Counted from the first letter of the stretch, positions 1 through 10,249 are shown. The stretch: DNA of 61,531 nucleotides from Alphaproteobacteria bacterium UBA3760 (GCA_002371155.1 DFGC01000012.1:1-61531); one strand, 5' to 3'. Made by a program: numbers and translations. Notes: a model not told the origin generated them from the letters alone.

Positions 1-99
1 AACTGGGGAAAATCATGAAAAAATTGCGTATGTTCGATTCGTTAAAATTTGTGTTGGCGACCGTCGCGTGCACATTTATATTAAATGTCGCGCACGCGG
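1..99 (+). repeat. Inverted repeat copy 1 (RBS plus signal-peptide coding leader), partner at 61425..61523
   Basis: Manual alignment to reverse complement of the window end: about 14 mismatches in 99 nt, no gaps. Confidence 0.85.
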
Positions 100-1760
100 A
101 TGAAACGTGTGACACGCATTGGGAAAATTATGTTTCGGCCACGGGAACCGTTAGTCAAAATGGCACCCCGACACCAACAAATCCAATTGAACCAAAATTT
201 TATACCCAGGGAGAAATGGTTCTGCGTGCGGTTGGTAATGTTGCCGATTCATACGATGCCACAACTGGCAAAATCACCCGGCGTATTGGTGTCAAAGTGT
301 TTAATGGAACTGAAAGTTGGGGTATTAGTGAGATGTATTCTGGGACGTATAGGACATTTTGGCTGTATCCAGATGAAATAGGGGCCGTTAGGGTAACCAG
401 TAATATAAAAGCCCCAGTGCTTAGCAATTATTTTTCTGCGGCACCGATTGCGGGCGCCAACAATGCAACACAACGAGATAATACAATAAGCACAAATTCA
501 GTTGCACATTCACCTAATTCGACTTGGATTCGCACAAATGATTTTTCAACCGTGTCAGAGTTTAAATCATGGTTAAGTGCGCGTCATGCCGCAGGAAAAC
601 CGGTTGTTATGTATTATCAGTTGGCAACACCAGTGGAAGAAGATTGGACATCGACGCAGTATTGTGTTGAACCAATAAAAATCGCGACGACAAAATATAA
701 CGAACAACAATTTGCACCGGTGGAAACGGATTTAGATGCGGCGGTTGCGGCGGTGGATACTGTCGTGACCCAGACGATGACCCAGGCACAGCAAATAGAC
801 CAAATCGCGAATGAAAAACAAACCCGCCCAGATGAGTCTTGTCCGCCGTTCAAAAAATGTTTGCTGGTCGAGGACGAGGACGGCACGCCGCATTGGTATG
901 AAATATACGACCCGATAAACGATTTTTTAAGACCGATTTTGGCGGCGGCGGCATTGTCGGGCAACCAAGGCGCACCAGTGCAAACATCGCACAGCGATGG
1001 TTCAAATACAATTATAGATACATCGAATATTTTTTATAACGGCAGTGGCGCATTCAGGAAAAAATATATAGATAACAGCACATCGGCGGCCGATCGTCCG
1101 TTTGGTCCGACAACATTGGACCGGTGTGCGGATAATGCGACACGAACAACATCAACGGTAGATGCGGGGTTGTGTTATAATACGGGCGGAATGTTCCGCA
1201 CACTTACCGAGGGTTCGGATGACGATGCGGGTGAATGGGCATTGGTGTGGAACGGAAATGAGGGTGGCGAGAACTTAGGCATAACGCCGGGTGTGGTGTA
1301 TGGCGTTGCGAAATGCACATCGGTTGGACAACACACAACAGAAATAACCGGTGATGTGCAATCGGGGTCGGAATATTGGTGGCCGAAAAAATTAAATAAT
1401 TATGCGACATCGAATCCGACAACATTGGCGAGTTTGATAACCGAATACCCAAATTCAAATATCGAAACGGTATTTAATCAGCTGCCAAACCCGTATGGGA
1501 CCGAGGATAATCCGGAATACCCACGTGCGAACTATCGTAATTGTTGGTGCAAAATGACGGCGATAGGTGTGCCCGGTTCGGGTGATGATTTTGCCGAGCA
1601 AGCCGCCAATGGTTCAATAATGTCGGTTGCCGGGGGCGGTTGGGTCTTTGACGGCCCGAACACGTCGGCGACGGATTGTGCGCGCATCTGCGCGTACAAC
1701 TGCGCGTACCGCGTTCGGGCTGCCGCCGCGTTCCGCAAAAATGTTTTAACCGTGAGATAA
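15..1760 (+). CDS. Secreted modular protein: signal peptide, phage minor-tail-like N domain, conserved KIATTKY/coiled-coil core, Cys-rich C domain
   Basis: 581 aa ORF, RBS GGGGA, signal ending VAHA; motifs NGTPTP, ITRRIGVKVFNGTESW, FKSWL...YYQLATP resemble siphophage tail proteins; core shared with 60037..61509. Confidence 0.8.
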   Translation: MKKLRMFDSLKFVLATVACTFILNVAHADETCDTHWENYVSATGTVSQNGTPTPTNPIEPKFYTQGEMVLRAVGNVADSYDATTGKITRRIGVKVFNGTESWGISEMYSGTYRTFWLYPDEIGAVRVTSNIKAPVLSNYFSAAPIAGANNATQRDNTISTNSVAHSPNSTWIRTNDFSTVSEFKSWLSARHAAGKPVVMYYQLATPVEEDWTSTQYCVEPIKIATTKYNEQQFAPVETDLDAAVAAVDTVVTQTMTQAQQIDQIANEKQTRPDESCPPFKKCLLVEDEDGTPHWYEIYDPINDFLRPILAAAALSGNQGAPVQTSHSDGSNTIIDTSNIFYNGSGAFRKKYIDNSTSAADRPFGPTTLDRCADNATRTTSTVDAGLCYNTGGMFRTLTEGSDDDAGEWALVWNGNEGGENLGITPGVVYGVAKCTSVGQHTTEITGDVQSGSEYWWPKKLNNYATSNPTTLASLITEYPNSNIETVFNQLPNPYGTEDNPEYPRANYRNCWCKMTAIGVPGSGDDFAEQAANGSIMSVAGGGWVFDGPNTSATDCARICAYNCAYRVRAAAAFRKNVLTVR

Positions 1761-1850
1761 AAAATAATCTGGGGGGGGCATCGCTATGGATGCGCCGCGG
1801 TGGGGCCCGATACGCCGAGATGACGATATTTTCAACCATAAAAAATTAAA

Positions 1851-3116
1851 TTATGCGGCTTTTTTGGGTTCGGCAAATATTTCCATTGGTTGCTTTTTAC
1901 CCAAAACGACATCTTTATCGACAACGATTTCGGTTAAACCGTCCTTTTCTGGCGCATCGAACATCGGTTGCAACAGCAATTTTTCCAAAATACTGCGCAA
2001 ACCACGCGCACCCGTTTTGCGTTTCACCGCCAATTTTGCAATCTCGGTCAAACCATCCGCCGTCACCGTCAATTTCACACCATCTAAATCCAGCATGGCG
2101 GCGTATTGTTTCACAATCGCATTTTTCGGTTCGGTCAAAATTTTCACCAATGCGTCTTCATCCAAATCTTGCAGTGTGGCGATTATCGGCAAACGCCCAA
2201 TCAATTCAGGTATAATTCCGAACTTTACCAAATCTTGGGGTTCGACATCCGCCAAATGATTTTTTTCATCACGTTCCTGTTTTGATGCAACATCGGCACC
2301 AAATCCAATTCCGGCACGCATACTTTTACGATTACCAATAATTTTATTCAGTCCGTCAAATGCCCCACCACATATAAACAAAATTTTTGATGTATCCAAT
2401 TGAATTGTTGCCTCGCCCGGGTGTTTGCGTCCACCCCCGCCCGCCGGCACATTTGCGACGGTGCCTTCGACCAATTTCAATAATGCCTGTTGCACACCCT
2501 CGCCTGAAACATCGCGCGTAAGTGATGGATTTTCTGATTTACGTGAAATTTTATCGATTTCGTCGATGTATATAATTCCGCGACTGGCACGTTCGACATC
2601 AAAATTCGCATTTTGCAACAACCGCGATAAAACACTTTCCACATCATCACCAACATATCCGGCCTCGGTCAATGTGGTTGCGTCCGCAATCGCAAACGGC
2701 ACATCCAAAATTCGCGCCAATGTTTGTGCAAACAATGTTTTACCCGTTCCCGTCGGTCCAATCAATAACACATTAGATTTTTGGATTTCGACATCTGTAT
2801 TTTTTGTTGCCATATGACGTTTGTAATGATTATACACCGCCACCGACAACGCGCGTTTTGCGTCAACCTGGCCAATAATATATTCGTCCAAGAAATCATA
2901 AATTTGATGTGGGGTCGGTAATTTTGTTGCATCATTTTTAATTGCATTGCGTTGCAAATCATCCGCCATAATATCATTACACAGTGCGATACATTCATCG
3001 CAAATGCAAACATTACGACCACTGACCAACTTTTTAACCTCGTACACAGCCTTGCCACAAAACGAACAAAACTGATTATTTTTATCCGGTGAAGACACTT
3101 TTTTATCGTCGCTCAT
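1851..3116 (-). CDS. clpX: ATP-dependent Clp protease ATP-binding subunit ClpX
   Basis: CSFC..CDEC zinc finger, GPTGTGKT Walker A, IDEIDK, IGF loop. Confidence 0.98.
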   Translation of the reverse strand: MSDDKKVSSPDKNNQFCSFCGKAVYEVKKLVSGRNVCICDECIALCNDIMADDLQRNAIKNDATKLPTPHQIYDFLDEYIIGQVDAKRALSVAVYNHYKRHMATKNTDVEIQKSNVLLIGPTGTGKTLFAQTLARILDVPFAIADATTLTEAGYVGDDVESVLSRLLQNANFDVERASRGIIYIDEIDKISRKSENPSLTRDVSGEGVQQALLKLVEGTVANVPAGGGGRKHPGEATIQLDTSKILFICGGAFDGLNKIIGNRKSMRAGIGFGADVASKQERDEKNHLADVEPQDLVKFGIIPELIGRLPIIATLQDLDEDALVKILTEPKNAIVKQYAAMLDLDGVKLTVTADGLTEIAKLAVKRKTGARGLRSILEKLLLQPMFDAPEKDGLTEIVVDKDVVLGKKQPMEIFAEPKKAA

Positions 3117-3139
3117 ATCTCTTTAATCCCCATTAAAAA

Positions 3140-3721
3140 TTATTTACGAACCAAAATCCCATCAATTAAACCGAAATCTTTGGCGACATCCGCCGTCATC
3201 CAATTATTGCGTTCCATTGCATCGAACAATTCTTTTTCTTTGCGTCCGGTAAATTCAGCCATTTGTTTAATCAACGCCTTTTTCACGCGCACAGATTCTT
3301 TTAATTCAATTTCCATATCAGTCACCTGACCCCGCGTTCCAGACAATGGTTGATGAATCATAATCGATGTGTTTGGCAAAACGAAACGTTTTCCTTTCTC
3401 GCCCGCCGCCAATAACACAGATGCCATCGACGCAACCAAGCCCATACCAATTGTAGAAACCGGCGATTTAATATACTGCATCGTATCCATAATCGCCCAA
3501 CCGGCGGTCACATCACCACCGGGTGAATTTATATACATTGAAATATCTGCATTTGGATTTTCAGATTCCAACAATAACAACTGGGCAACAATGACATTTG
3601 CCATATTTGTTTCAATTTCGCCAGTCACCATAATAATTCTGTCGCGCAGCAATCGTGAATAAATGTCAAAAGACCGTTCGCCACGTGGCGATTCTTCTAT
3701 AACCATAGGTATCAAAGCCAT
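3140..3721 (-). CDS. clpP: ATP-dependent Clp protease proteolytic subunit
   Basis: [28 protein letters not shown] motifs; upstream of clpX. Confidence 0.98.
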   Translation of the reverse strand: MALIPMVIEESPRGERSFDIYSRLLRDRIIMVTGEIETNMANVIVAQLLLLESENPNADISMYINSPGGDVTAGWAIMDTMQYIKSPVSTIGMGLVASMASVLLAAGEKGKRFVLPNTSIMIHQPLSGTRGQVTDMEIELKESVRVKKALIKQMAEFTGRKEKELFDAMERNNWMTADVAKDFGLIDGILVRK

Positions 3722-3814
3722 ATCACACCCTTTTAATAAAATTCGTTATTTTTACATAATTATAGCACAAAAAAAAGCAGTTCGCAAATTTTCCGCCACT
3801 TTATTAAATATAAT

Positions 3815-4981
3815 CTATAAAGTTAAAATTTCAATAGCTGGCAAAGTGCCATTTTCGATAAATTCTAAAAATGCCCCACCACCGGTCGAAACAAATGTTA
3901 TATCATCGCGCACGCCCGCCGCATCCACGGCCGCAACCGTTTCGCCACCACCAACAACACTGACCAATCGCCCAGATTTAGTCTGTACCGCAATCGCACG
4001 CGCAACGCGAAAACTGGATTCGCCCCAAACCGCGCCCCACTCTGCCATGCCAAATGTCCCATTCCATATAACCGTCGCAGATTTTTCAATTTCCGCAATA
4101 TTACGGGTGGCGGTCATTGGTCCATCATCAATAATCACGTCCCCTTCCGCAATTTCATCCAATGTTTTATTTATCCGCACCGCAGATTTTTCAAATTTTT
4201 CCCCAACACCTTTATCAATGGGCATTAAAAATTTGCACCCATGCGCATCTGCAATTTTCATAATTTCACGTGCCACATCCGCCATATCCGGCTCATACAG
4301 TGAATTTCCAACCCGCGCCCCGCACGCATAATTAAATGTGGTTCCAATCGCGCCACCAACAATTACCGTATCCGCCAATTTGCATAATGTTTTCAACACA
4401 CCAATTTTTCCCGATACCTTGGCACCGCCAACAATCGCCGTCAATGGCCGCCTTGGGTTTTCCAGCAATCGCGAAATATTTTCCACCTCTGATTTCAGTA
4501 ATTCACCGGCGAACGCGGGCAAAATTTTCGTAACACCAACGGTTGATGCCGCCGCCCGATGCGATACCGCAAACGCATCATTTACAAACAAATCAAACCC
4601 ACGCGCCAGCGCACCCGCAAAACCGACGTCGTTTTCTTCTTCGCCCGCATAGAACCGAACATTTTCCAACAGCACAACATCAGAGTCCCGCATACCCGCC
4701 AAAATTTTTTTATCCAAACAATCATCAACAAATGGGATTTTCATGTAATCCGCAACCGGGCGCAACGATAATTCCGGGTTTGCCACACCCCCCGGCCGCC
4801 CCAGGTGCGCACACAACGCAACCCGCGCCCCAGCATCGCGCAATTTATTTATGGTCGGCATCGATTGTTCAATACGGAAAGTGTCCAAAATTTTTCCATT
4901 TTCGATTTGGACATTAAAATCCACCCGCAACAAAACATACTTGCCGCGGACAGAATTATAATCAACACTACGCAGTTGCAT
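3815..4981 (-). CDS. pgk: Phosphoglycerate kinase
   Basis: RVDFNV, HLGRP, LLENVRF, NDAFAVSHR, GGAKVSGK, STGGGAFLE. Confidence 0.97.
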   Translation of the reverse strand: MQLRSVDYNSVRGKYVLLRVDFNVQIENGKILDTFRIEQSMPTINKLRDAGARVALCAHLGRPGGVANPELSLRPVADYMKIPFVDDCLDKKILAGMRDSDVVLLENVRFYAGEEENDVGFAGALARGFDLFVNDAFAVSHRAAASTVGVTKILPAFAGELLKSEVENISRLLENPRRPLTAIVGGAKVSGKIGVLKTLCKLADTVIVGGAIGTTFNYACGARVGNSLYEPDMADVAREIMKIADAHGCKFLMPIDKGVGEKFEKSAVRINKTLDEIAEGDVIIDDGPMTATRNIAEIEKSATVIWNGTFGMAEWGAVWGESSFRVARAIAVQTKSGRLVSVVGGGETVAAVDAAGVRDDITFVSTGGGAFLEFIENGTLPAIEILTL

Positions 4982-4983
4982 TT

Positions 4984-5592
4984 TTATTTTCCTTCCAAAA
5001 TTCGCTTTACCGGACCAAATGTCCGCCGATAATGCTCATTTATACCATATTTTTTGATTGCTTGCAAGTGTTCCGGTGTTGGGTATCCGGCGTTCTTTTC
5101 CCAATGATACCCCGGATATTTTTGCGCCAATTTATGCATCAAACGGTCCCGCGATACTTTCGCCACAATGGACGCCGCCGCAATGGATAACGATTTCGCG
5201 TCCCCTTTGACAACCGCGCACCCATTCAAATTTTTCGGCACACGATTCCCGTCAATCAGGCAAAAATCCGGCACGCACCTCAGATTTGCAACCGCCCGTT
5301 CCATCGCACGCATCGACGCCCACAATATATTTAATTCATCTATTTCCGCGGGACTGCATTCACCCACCGCCCAAATCGTATTATGCGTTATCCAATCATA
5401 TGCCGCATCGCGCTGGGTCGCACTCATTTGCTTTGAATCGCGTATAACCACCGGAATTTCTATATCGCGCCGTGGAAAAATTACCGCAGATGCTACCACC
5501 GGCCCACACAATGGGCCGCGGCCTGCCTCGTCCACACCGGCGACAATACCGTCATGCATCAATTCAAAATTAAAATCTGGATTTGTATTCAT
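4984..5592 (-). CDS. rnhB: Ribonuclease HII
   Basis: GVDEAGRGPL, DSKQ, KGDAKS.SIAAASIVAKVSRD; start trimmed to MNTNPD. Confidence 0.95.
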   Translation of the reverse strand: MNTNPDFNFELMHDGIVAGVDEAGRGPLCGPVVASAVIFPRRDIEIPVVIRDSKQMSATQRDAAYDWITHNTIWAVGECSPAEIDELNILWASMRAMERAVANLRCVPDFCLIDGNRVPKNLNGCAVVKGDAKSLSIAAASIVAKVSRDRLMHKLAQKYPGYHWEKNAGYPTPEHLQAIKKYGINEHYRRTFGPVKRILEGK

Positions 5593-5708
5593 GATTATTA
5601 TCATAGCAAAATTTTCCAAAAAAAACATAATATTTTTAATTGACAAACGATTATACCGTGTAATAATACATGCCAGACAAAAAAACAGAAAAACCAAAGG
5701 ATTATAAA

Positions 5709-5852
5709 ATGCCAAATACCGCAGCAGTCAACGAGGCAACGGCCCCCCAAAAAACACAACAAACACCAAAAGACCCAAATTTTTATGCAAAAATGTTCGC
5801 AAAAATGGCAGAAACGATTTGTAGAACCACACGAAGCAATCTGGGGATGTAA
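5709..5852 (+). CDS. Small hypothetical protein
   Basis: Short ORF after a TTGACA at 5640, abutting the next ORF. Confidence 0.35.
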   Translation: MPNTAAVNEATAPQKTQQTPKDPNFYAKMFAKMAETICRTTRSNLGM

Positions 5853-5857
5853 TTTTT

Positions 5858-6343
5858 ATGCAAAAAATCCAGGTAAATTTACAACTCGACATTTCTGAAC
5901 CAGATACAGAAAAAATTACGGATTTGGTCGTATTATCAACTGCATTGGTTATAGAACAACAAACAATTAAACGTGCCGAAACATTTGGTGAAATTTTTAA
6001 TCACGGTTTGGCAATAACAAATTCCCTTGCTTTGATGCATGTTTTGCACAACACAACAAATAACAAGATTTTTTTCGTTGTGCTCTATATGCCATTGATA
6101 TTATTATTTGCAAAAATGGGTTTTACGCATACTAAACAAAAACAAATTGCCAAAAATGAATTAAACCGCACATCGGCACAAAACAACGCGTTAATTACCG
6201 TTTTGAAATCATCCAACAAACAAACCATCCATCAAATCGCCGAAACATATACCCAAGAAATCGGTGATACGCCAATCAATACCATAACAAAACACCAGGC
6301 AAACAATATAATTGGCCACATATTAATGCGGTATCAACGATAA
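5858..6343 (+). CDS. Hypothetical membrane protein
   Basis: 161 aa, two hydrophobic stretches, fills gap before convergent slt. Confidence 0.6.
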   Translation: MQKIQVNLQLDISEPDTEKITDLVVLSTALVIEQQTIKRAETFGEIFNHGLAITNSLALMHVLHNTTNNKIFFVVLYMPLILLFAKMGFTHTKQKQIAKNELNRTSAQNNALITVLKSSNKQTIHQIAETYTQEIGDTPINTITKHQANNIIGHILMRYQR

Positions 6344-6346
6344 AAA

Positions 6347-8071
6347 CTAAATCGACATACGATTTTCAATTTGATGTTGCACATATTCATCTTCACTGTT
6401 ATACAGTGGCCATTGCCCATTTGCCAATTCCTGCATAGATGTCAACGGTTGATTCAAACGCGCACGATACAACCATAAATTCGACAGAACGCGTTTTATA
6501 TATCCACGTGTTTCATACGCCGGAAAACTTTCAATATATAACAACGGGTCATATGTATTAAAATTCTTTTCAAATTTTTGGACATTACCAATCCCGGCAT
6601 TATACGCCGCCAACATTTTTATAATACTGTTATCTATTACCGGCTGTTGCAATAAATCAACGATATATTGCTGTCCCAAAAACATATTGTGTTCAGGTTT
6701 CGACATATCCATATCCGAAAACTTTATTTTATTTTTATGCGCAACCAAACGCGCCGTTCCCGGCATCAGTTGCATAACACCATTTGCCCCCACCACAGAT
6801 TTAGCCGTCGTTTTGAAACCACTTTCTTGTTTTGTAATTGCGAACAACAACGCGCGGTCAATTGACCAACCACCCATTGGTTCCCAATCTGGCAACGGAT
6901 ATTGCGCGGAATAAATAATATCATCATCTATTTCCAAAATTCCCCTTTCGCGAACGACACTGGCAATATGCAACGCCAACCGTGGCAACGCATACGCCGT
7001 TGCAACCGAATTTATCGCATGCAATGTTTTATCCGACGCATCCGCCGTTATCAAAGATTTCAAATACATTTCTGCACGAACATTTTGTCCAACCTGTAAT
7101 AATGCCAGCGCAATCCGCCCCAATTTCAATTCACGCAATGTCGCAATATCTTCATCGGTACAATCTTGCTCGAAAAATTCATACTCAGGCGTCCGTCCCA
7201 ACATCGTCGCAGACAATGCCCCATAAAACGCCATTGGATGTGCCGCACCAATTTCCCAGTATTTCTTGGCCGCCGACATATCATCATTTGCGTCCGCCGC
7301 GCGTCCCGCCCAAAATGCCGCCTCGACCTTGCGCGCGTCATTTATTTGTTCCAAATCCAAAATACGACCAAAATATTTTTCAGATTCCGCATATTTTGCC
7401 TCTTTATAATAAATCAGTCCCATTGTCCACAAACCATATTCACTGTTTGCGTCCGCCGCAACGAATCCCCATTTGCGTGCCAATTCCAATTCACCATTTG
7501 TATAATAAACATATGCCAAACGCCCCGCCAACCGACCATAATCAACCGACGACAACGCTTTTTTGAATTTTTTATCTTCTAAAATATTTCTGGCACGACG
7601 GGTTGCACCACTGCGAATCGCGCGTCTGAATGTGGTAATTTTTTTCTCGGTCTGTTTAGAATATTTTTTTGTCGTCCATGTTTCACTCTGTGCCGATTCG
7701 CCATGCATTTTCCCCGTCAGTATCGCATACACAATCGGATTTTTCACCTTGACCTTTTTTACCTTGGCGAATTTAGAAACACGCTCCGCACCCGGCATAT
7801 CGTAATATTTATTCATCCAATTTGATAATTCTTTGCCACTGGTGCGATATGATTTAGAAAAAAATCGTTGATATAAAACCTCGTTCATCAAAATTTTATC
7901 GGAAATTTTTGCCTCTAACTTTTTGGCGGCATCGATTTTTTCTTTATCTTGCAGCATAAAAATTTGTTGATACACATCCGCATCCGCGTCCGACAAAATA
8001 TCAATAGTCGGTCGTGCGAACGCATTGCCCGCAAAAAACAAACCGATTAAGATTACAAATATTTTTCTCAT
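6347..8071 (-). CDS. Soluble lytic murein transglycosylase (SLT domain)
   Basis: Signal peptide MRKIFVIL..AFA; helical repeats; KQESGF catalytic Glu, GVMQLMPGTA, AAYNAG, ETRGYIKRV. Confidence 0.92.
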   Translation of the reverse strand: MRKIFVILIGLFFAGNAFARPTIDILSDADADVYQQIFMLQDKEKIDAAKKLEAKISDKILMNEVLYQRFFSKSYRTSGKELSNWMNKYYDMPGAERVSKFAKVKKVKVKNPIVYAILTGKMHGESAQSETWTTKKYSKQTEKKITTFRRAIRSGATRRARNILEDKKFKKALSSVDYGRLAGRLAYVYYTNGELELARKWGFVAADANSEYGLWTMGLIYYKEAKYAESEKYFGRILDLEQINDARKVEAAFWAGRAADANDDMSAAKKYWEIGAAHPMAFYGALSATMLGRTPEYEFFEQDCTDEDIATLRELKLGRIALALLQVGQNVRAEMYLKSLITADASDKTLHAINSVATAYALPRLALHIASVVRERGILEIDDDIIYSAQYPLPDWEPMGGWSIDRALLFAITKQESGFKTTAKSVVGANGVMQLMPGTARLVAHKNKIKFSDMDMSKPEHNMFLGQQYIVDLLQQPVIDNSIIKMLAAYNAGIGNVQKFEKNFNTYDPLLYIESFPAYETRGYIKRVLSNLWLYRARLNQPLTSMQELANGQWPLYNSEDEYVQHQIENRMSI

Positions 8072-8072
8072 A

Positions 8073-8579
8073 TTAAAACAATGTTGTTTTTGGTAATTTA
8101 CACACGATGGCATTATCGTCATCCGCGGGTATTTGGTCAATGATTTTTTTGAAATCCGATATTTTGGAAAATTTACGATACACCGACACAAAACGCACAA
8201 ATGCAATCGGATCCAAATTCAGCAACGAATCCGACACCATTTGTCCCACTGCCGCAGACGAAACTGTTTCATCCGCATTTTCTGTTTCCAAACGCCGATG
8301 AATGGATGTCACCAATTTTTCGATTTGTTCATCCCCCACATCACGATTACGACACGCCAATTTAATACTGCGCGCCAATTTTTCCCGGTCAAACGGTTCC
8401 AATTTACCACTGTTTTTACGCACCATCAAATCACGCATTTGCACGCGTTCGACGGTTGTGAACCGCGCGCCGCACTGATTACAAACCCGCCGGCGCCGAA
8501 TAATTGCGTCTTCGATATCGGGGCGTGAATCCAACACGCGGCTATCAGTAGAATTACAGTATGGACATCTCATATCCAT
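8073..8579 (-). CDS. nrdR: Transcriptional repressor NrdR
   Basis: MRCPYC..DSRV.DSR, RRRRVC..CGARFTT.ER, ATP cone, AFVRFVSVYR. Confidence 0.97.
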   Translation of the reverse strand: MDMRCPYCNSTDSRVLDSRPDIEDAIIRRRRVCNQCGARFTTVERVQMRDLMVRKNSGKLEPFDREKLARSIKLACRNRDVGDEQIEKLVTSIHRRLETENADETVSSAAVGQMVSDSLLNLDPIAFVRFVSVYRKFSKISDFKKIIDQIPADDDNAIVCKLPKTTLF

Positions 8580-8748
8580 ATAAATTTAGCAATGAAAACG
8601 ACAAGTGTAAAGCATATTTTTTTACATAAAAATGCAAAAAAATTGTTTTTTCAAAAAAATCAAGCCTTTTTATTCATTTTTTTTGCCAAACACGAAAAAA
8701 AATCACCAAAAAATATGATAAAATATTACGCATAGGGATTGGGGAGAG

Positions 8749-9849
8749 ATGGAAAAATATCTGAATCAAATATTATCTGGCGATTGCATTGAAATAATGC
8801 GCAAAATGCCCGACGCGTCTGTGGACGCAATTTTCGCAGATTCCCCATACAATTTACAACTGGGCGAAAAAACATTATATCGCCCCGAAGACCAAACCGC
8901 CGCCCGCGCAGTGCGCGACGCATGGGATTCTTTTGCCAGTCCCGCCGCATACAACCAATTTTGTCGTGATTGGCTGCGCGAATGTAAACGCATATTAAAA
9001 CCCGACGGCGCAATGTGGGCAATCGGTTCATATCACAATATTTTCCAAATCGGCGCAATTATGCAAGACCTGGGGTTTTGGATTTTGAATGACATTGTTT
9101 GGGTAAAAACAAATCCTATGCCAAACTTTCGTGGAACGCGTTTTACGAACGCCCATGAAACATTGATTTGGGCGACACCAACAAAAACTGGCAAATACAC
9201 ATTTAATTATGAAACAATGAAGAAATTAAATGGCGGCAAACAAATGCGTTCAGATTGGAATTTGGACATATGCCTGGGGCACGAACGGATTAAGGGTGCC
9301 GATGGCAAAAGCCTGCATAACACACAAAAACCATTGACATTATTGCATCGCGTTATATTGTCATCGACAAAACCCGGCGACATAATATTGGACCCATTTA
9401 TGGGTTCTGGGACAACCGCCGCCGCCGCCAAAGAACTGGGGCGCCAATTCATCGGAATTGACCGCGACGAAACATATGTTGCCGCGGCACGCAAACGCGT
9501 CGCAAACACAACCCCCATAGATTTAACAAATATCGAGGTCACCAAACCCAAACGGGACGAGGTTCGTGTCGCATTCCGCGAACTTATCGATGCGGGATTA
9601 TTATATGTCGGCCAAACATTGGTCAGTCCCCGCGGCGAACGTGTTATGATTACACACGACGCACAATTGGCTCACACAATTTATGGCAAGGCATCTATCC
9701 ATGTTATGGCGGCGCGCATCCAACACAGTGTCAGTTTCAACGGTTGGGATTATTGGTCGGCACAAAAACGCGACGGCACATTGGTTCCAATCGACGATTT
9801 ACGTAAATATATCCGCGACATAAAATCAGGCATCAAAAAAGCCGCATAA
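8749..9849 (+). CDS. ccrM: CcrM-family beta-class N6-adenine DNA methyltransferase (motif IV reads DSPY)
   Basis: IGSYHNIF, WILNDIVWVKTNPMPNFRGTRFTNAHET, GKQMRSDW, DPFMGSGTT, CcrM-type C domain SIH...NGW. Confidence 0.92.
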   Translation: MEKYLNQILSGDCIEIMRKMPDASVDAIFADSPYNLQLGEKTLYRPEDQTAARAVRDAWDSFASPAAYNQFCRDWLRECKRILKPDGAMWAIGSYHNIFQIGAIMQDLGFWILNDIVWVKTNPMPNFRGTRFTNAHETLIWATPTKTGKYTFNYETMKKLNGGKQMRSDWNLDICLGHERIKGADGKSLHNTQKPLTLLHRVILSSTKPGDIILDPFMGSGTTAAAAKELGRQFIGIDRDETYVAAARKRVANTTPIDLTNIEVTKPKRDEVRVAFRELIDAGLLYVGQTLVSPRGERVMITHDAQLAHTIYGKASIHVMAARIQHSVSFNGWDYWSAQKRDGTLVPIDDLRKYIRDIKSGIKKAA

Positions 9850-10146
9850 CCCATACGATTTTTCAACATCAAAAATCAAAAAACTCTGCCTGCTCCGCCT
9901 GTGTGACCTGCCACCCATAGCATCGCAGATGCGAAGGGTGGGCGGCCGCAGCTGGGAGCCTCGATACACAATAATAAAAATCAAACAAAAGAAAGGGCAG
10001 CTGGATTCCCTCACGCGGCACACATCGTGTGCCGGTTGCGGGGAAACCGTGACGATTGTGGTGCGTTAACACTTCCACAATCTACTTGTTTTCGAACCGG
10101 CCGCTTGCGCGACGTGGCACCGCCCCATCGCCACAGAACCAAAAAT

Positions 10147-10170
10147 TAAACCCGTCTTGTGACGGGTTGA
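10147..10170 (-). terminator. Hairpin terminator downstream of tRNA-Gln
   Basis: aacccgtc-ttgt-gacgggtt with A/T flanks. Confidence 0.65.
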
Positions 10171-10175
10171 ATTTT

Positions 10176-10249
10176 TGGTTGGGGCAGCTGGATTCGAACC
10201 AACACTAGCGGAGTCAGAGTCCGATGTTCTACCATTAAACTATGCCCCA
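10176..10249 (-). tRNA. tRNA-Gln(CTG)
   Basis: Reverse complement TGGGGCATAG...CTCTGAC...GGTTCGAATCC...CCCCAACCA folds as a cloverleaf, encoded CCA. Confidence 0.95.

Noticed and set aside
15-1760. Prophage remnant
   Set aside because: Tail-like domains carry Sec signals, and no capsid, terminase, integrase or lysis genes are present
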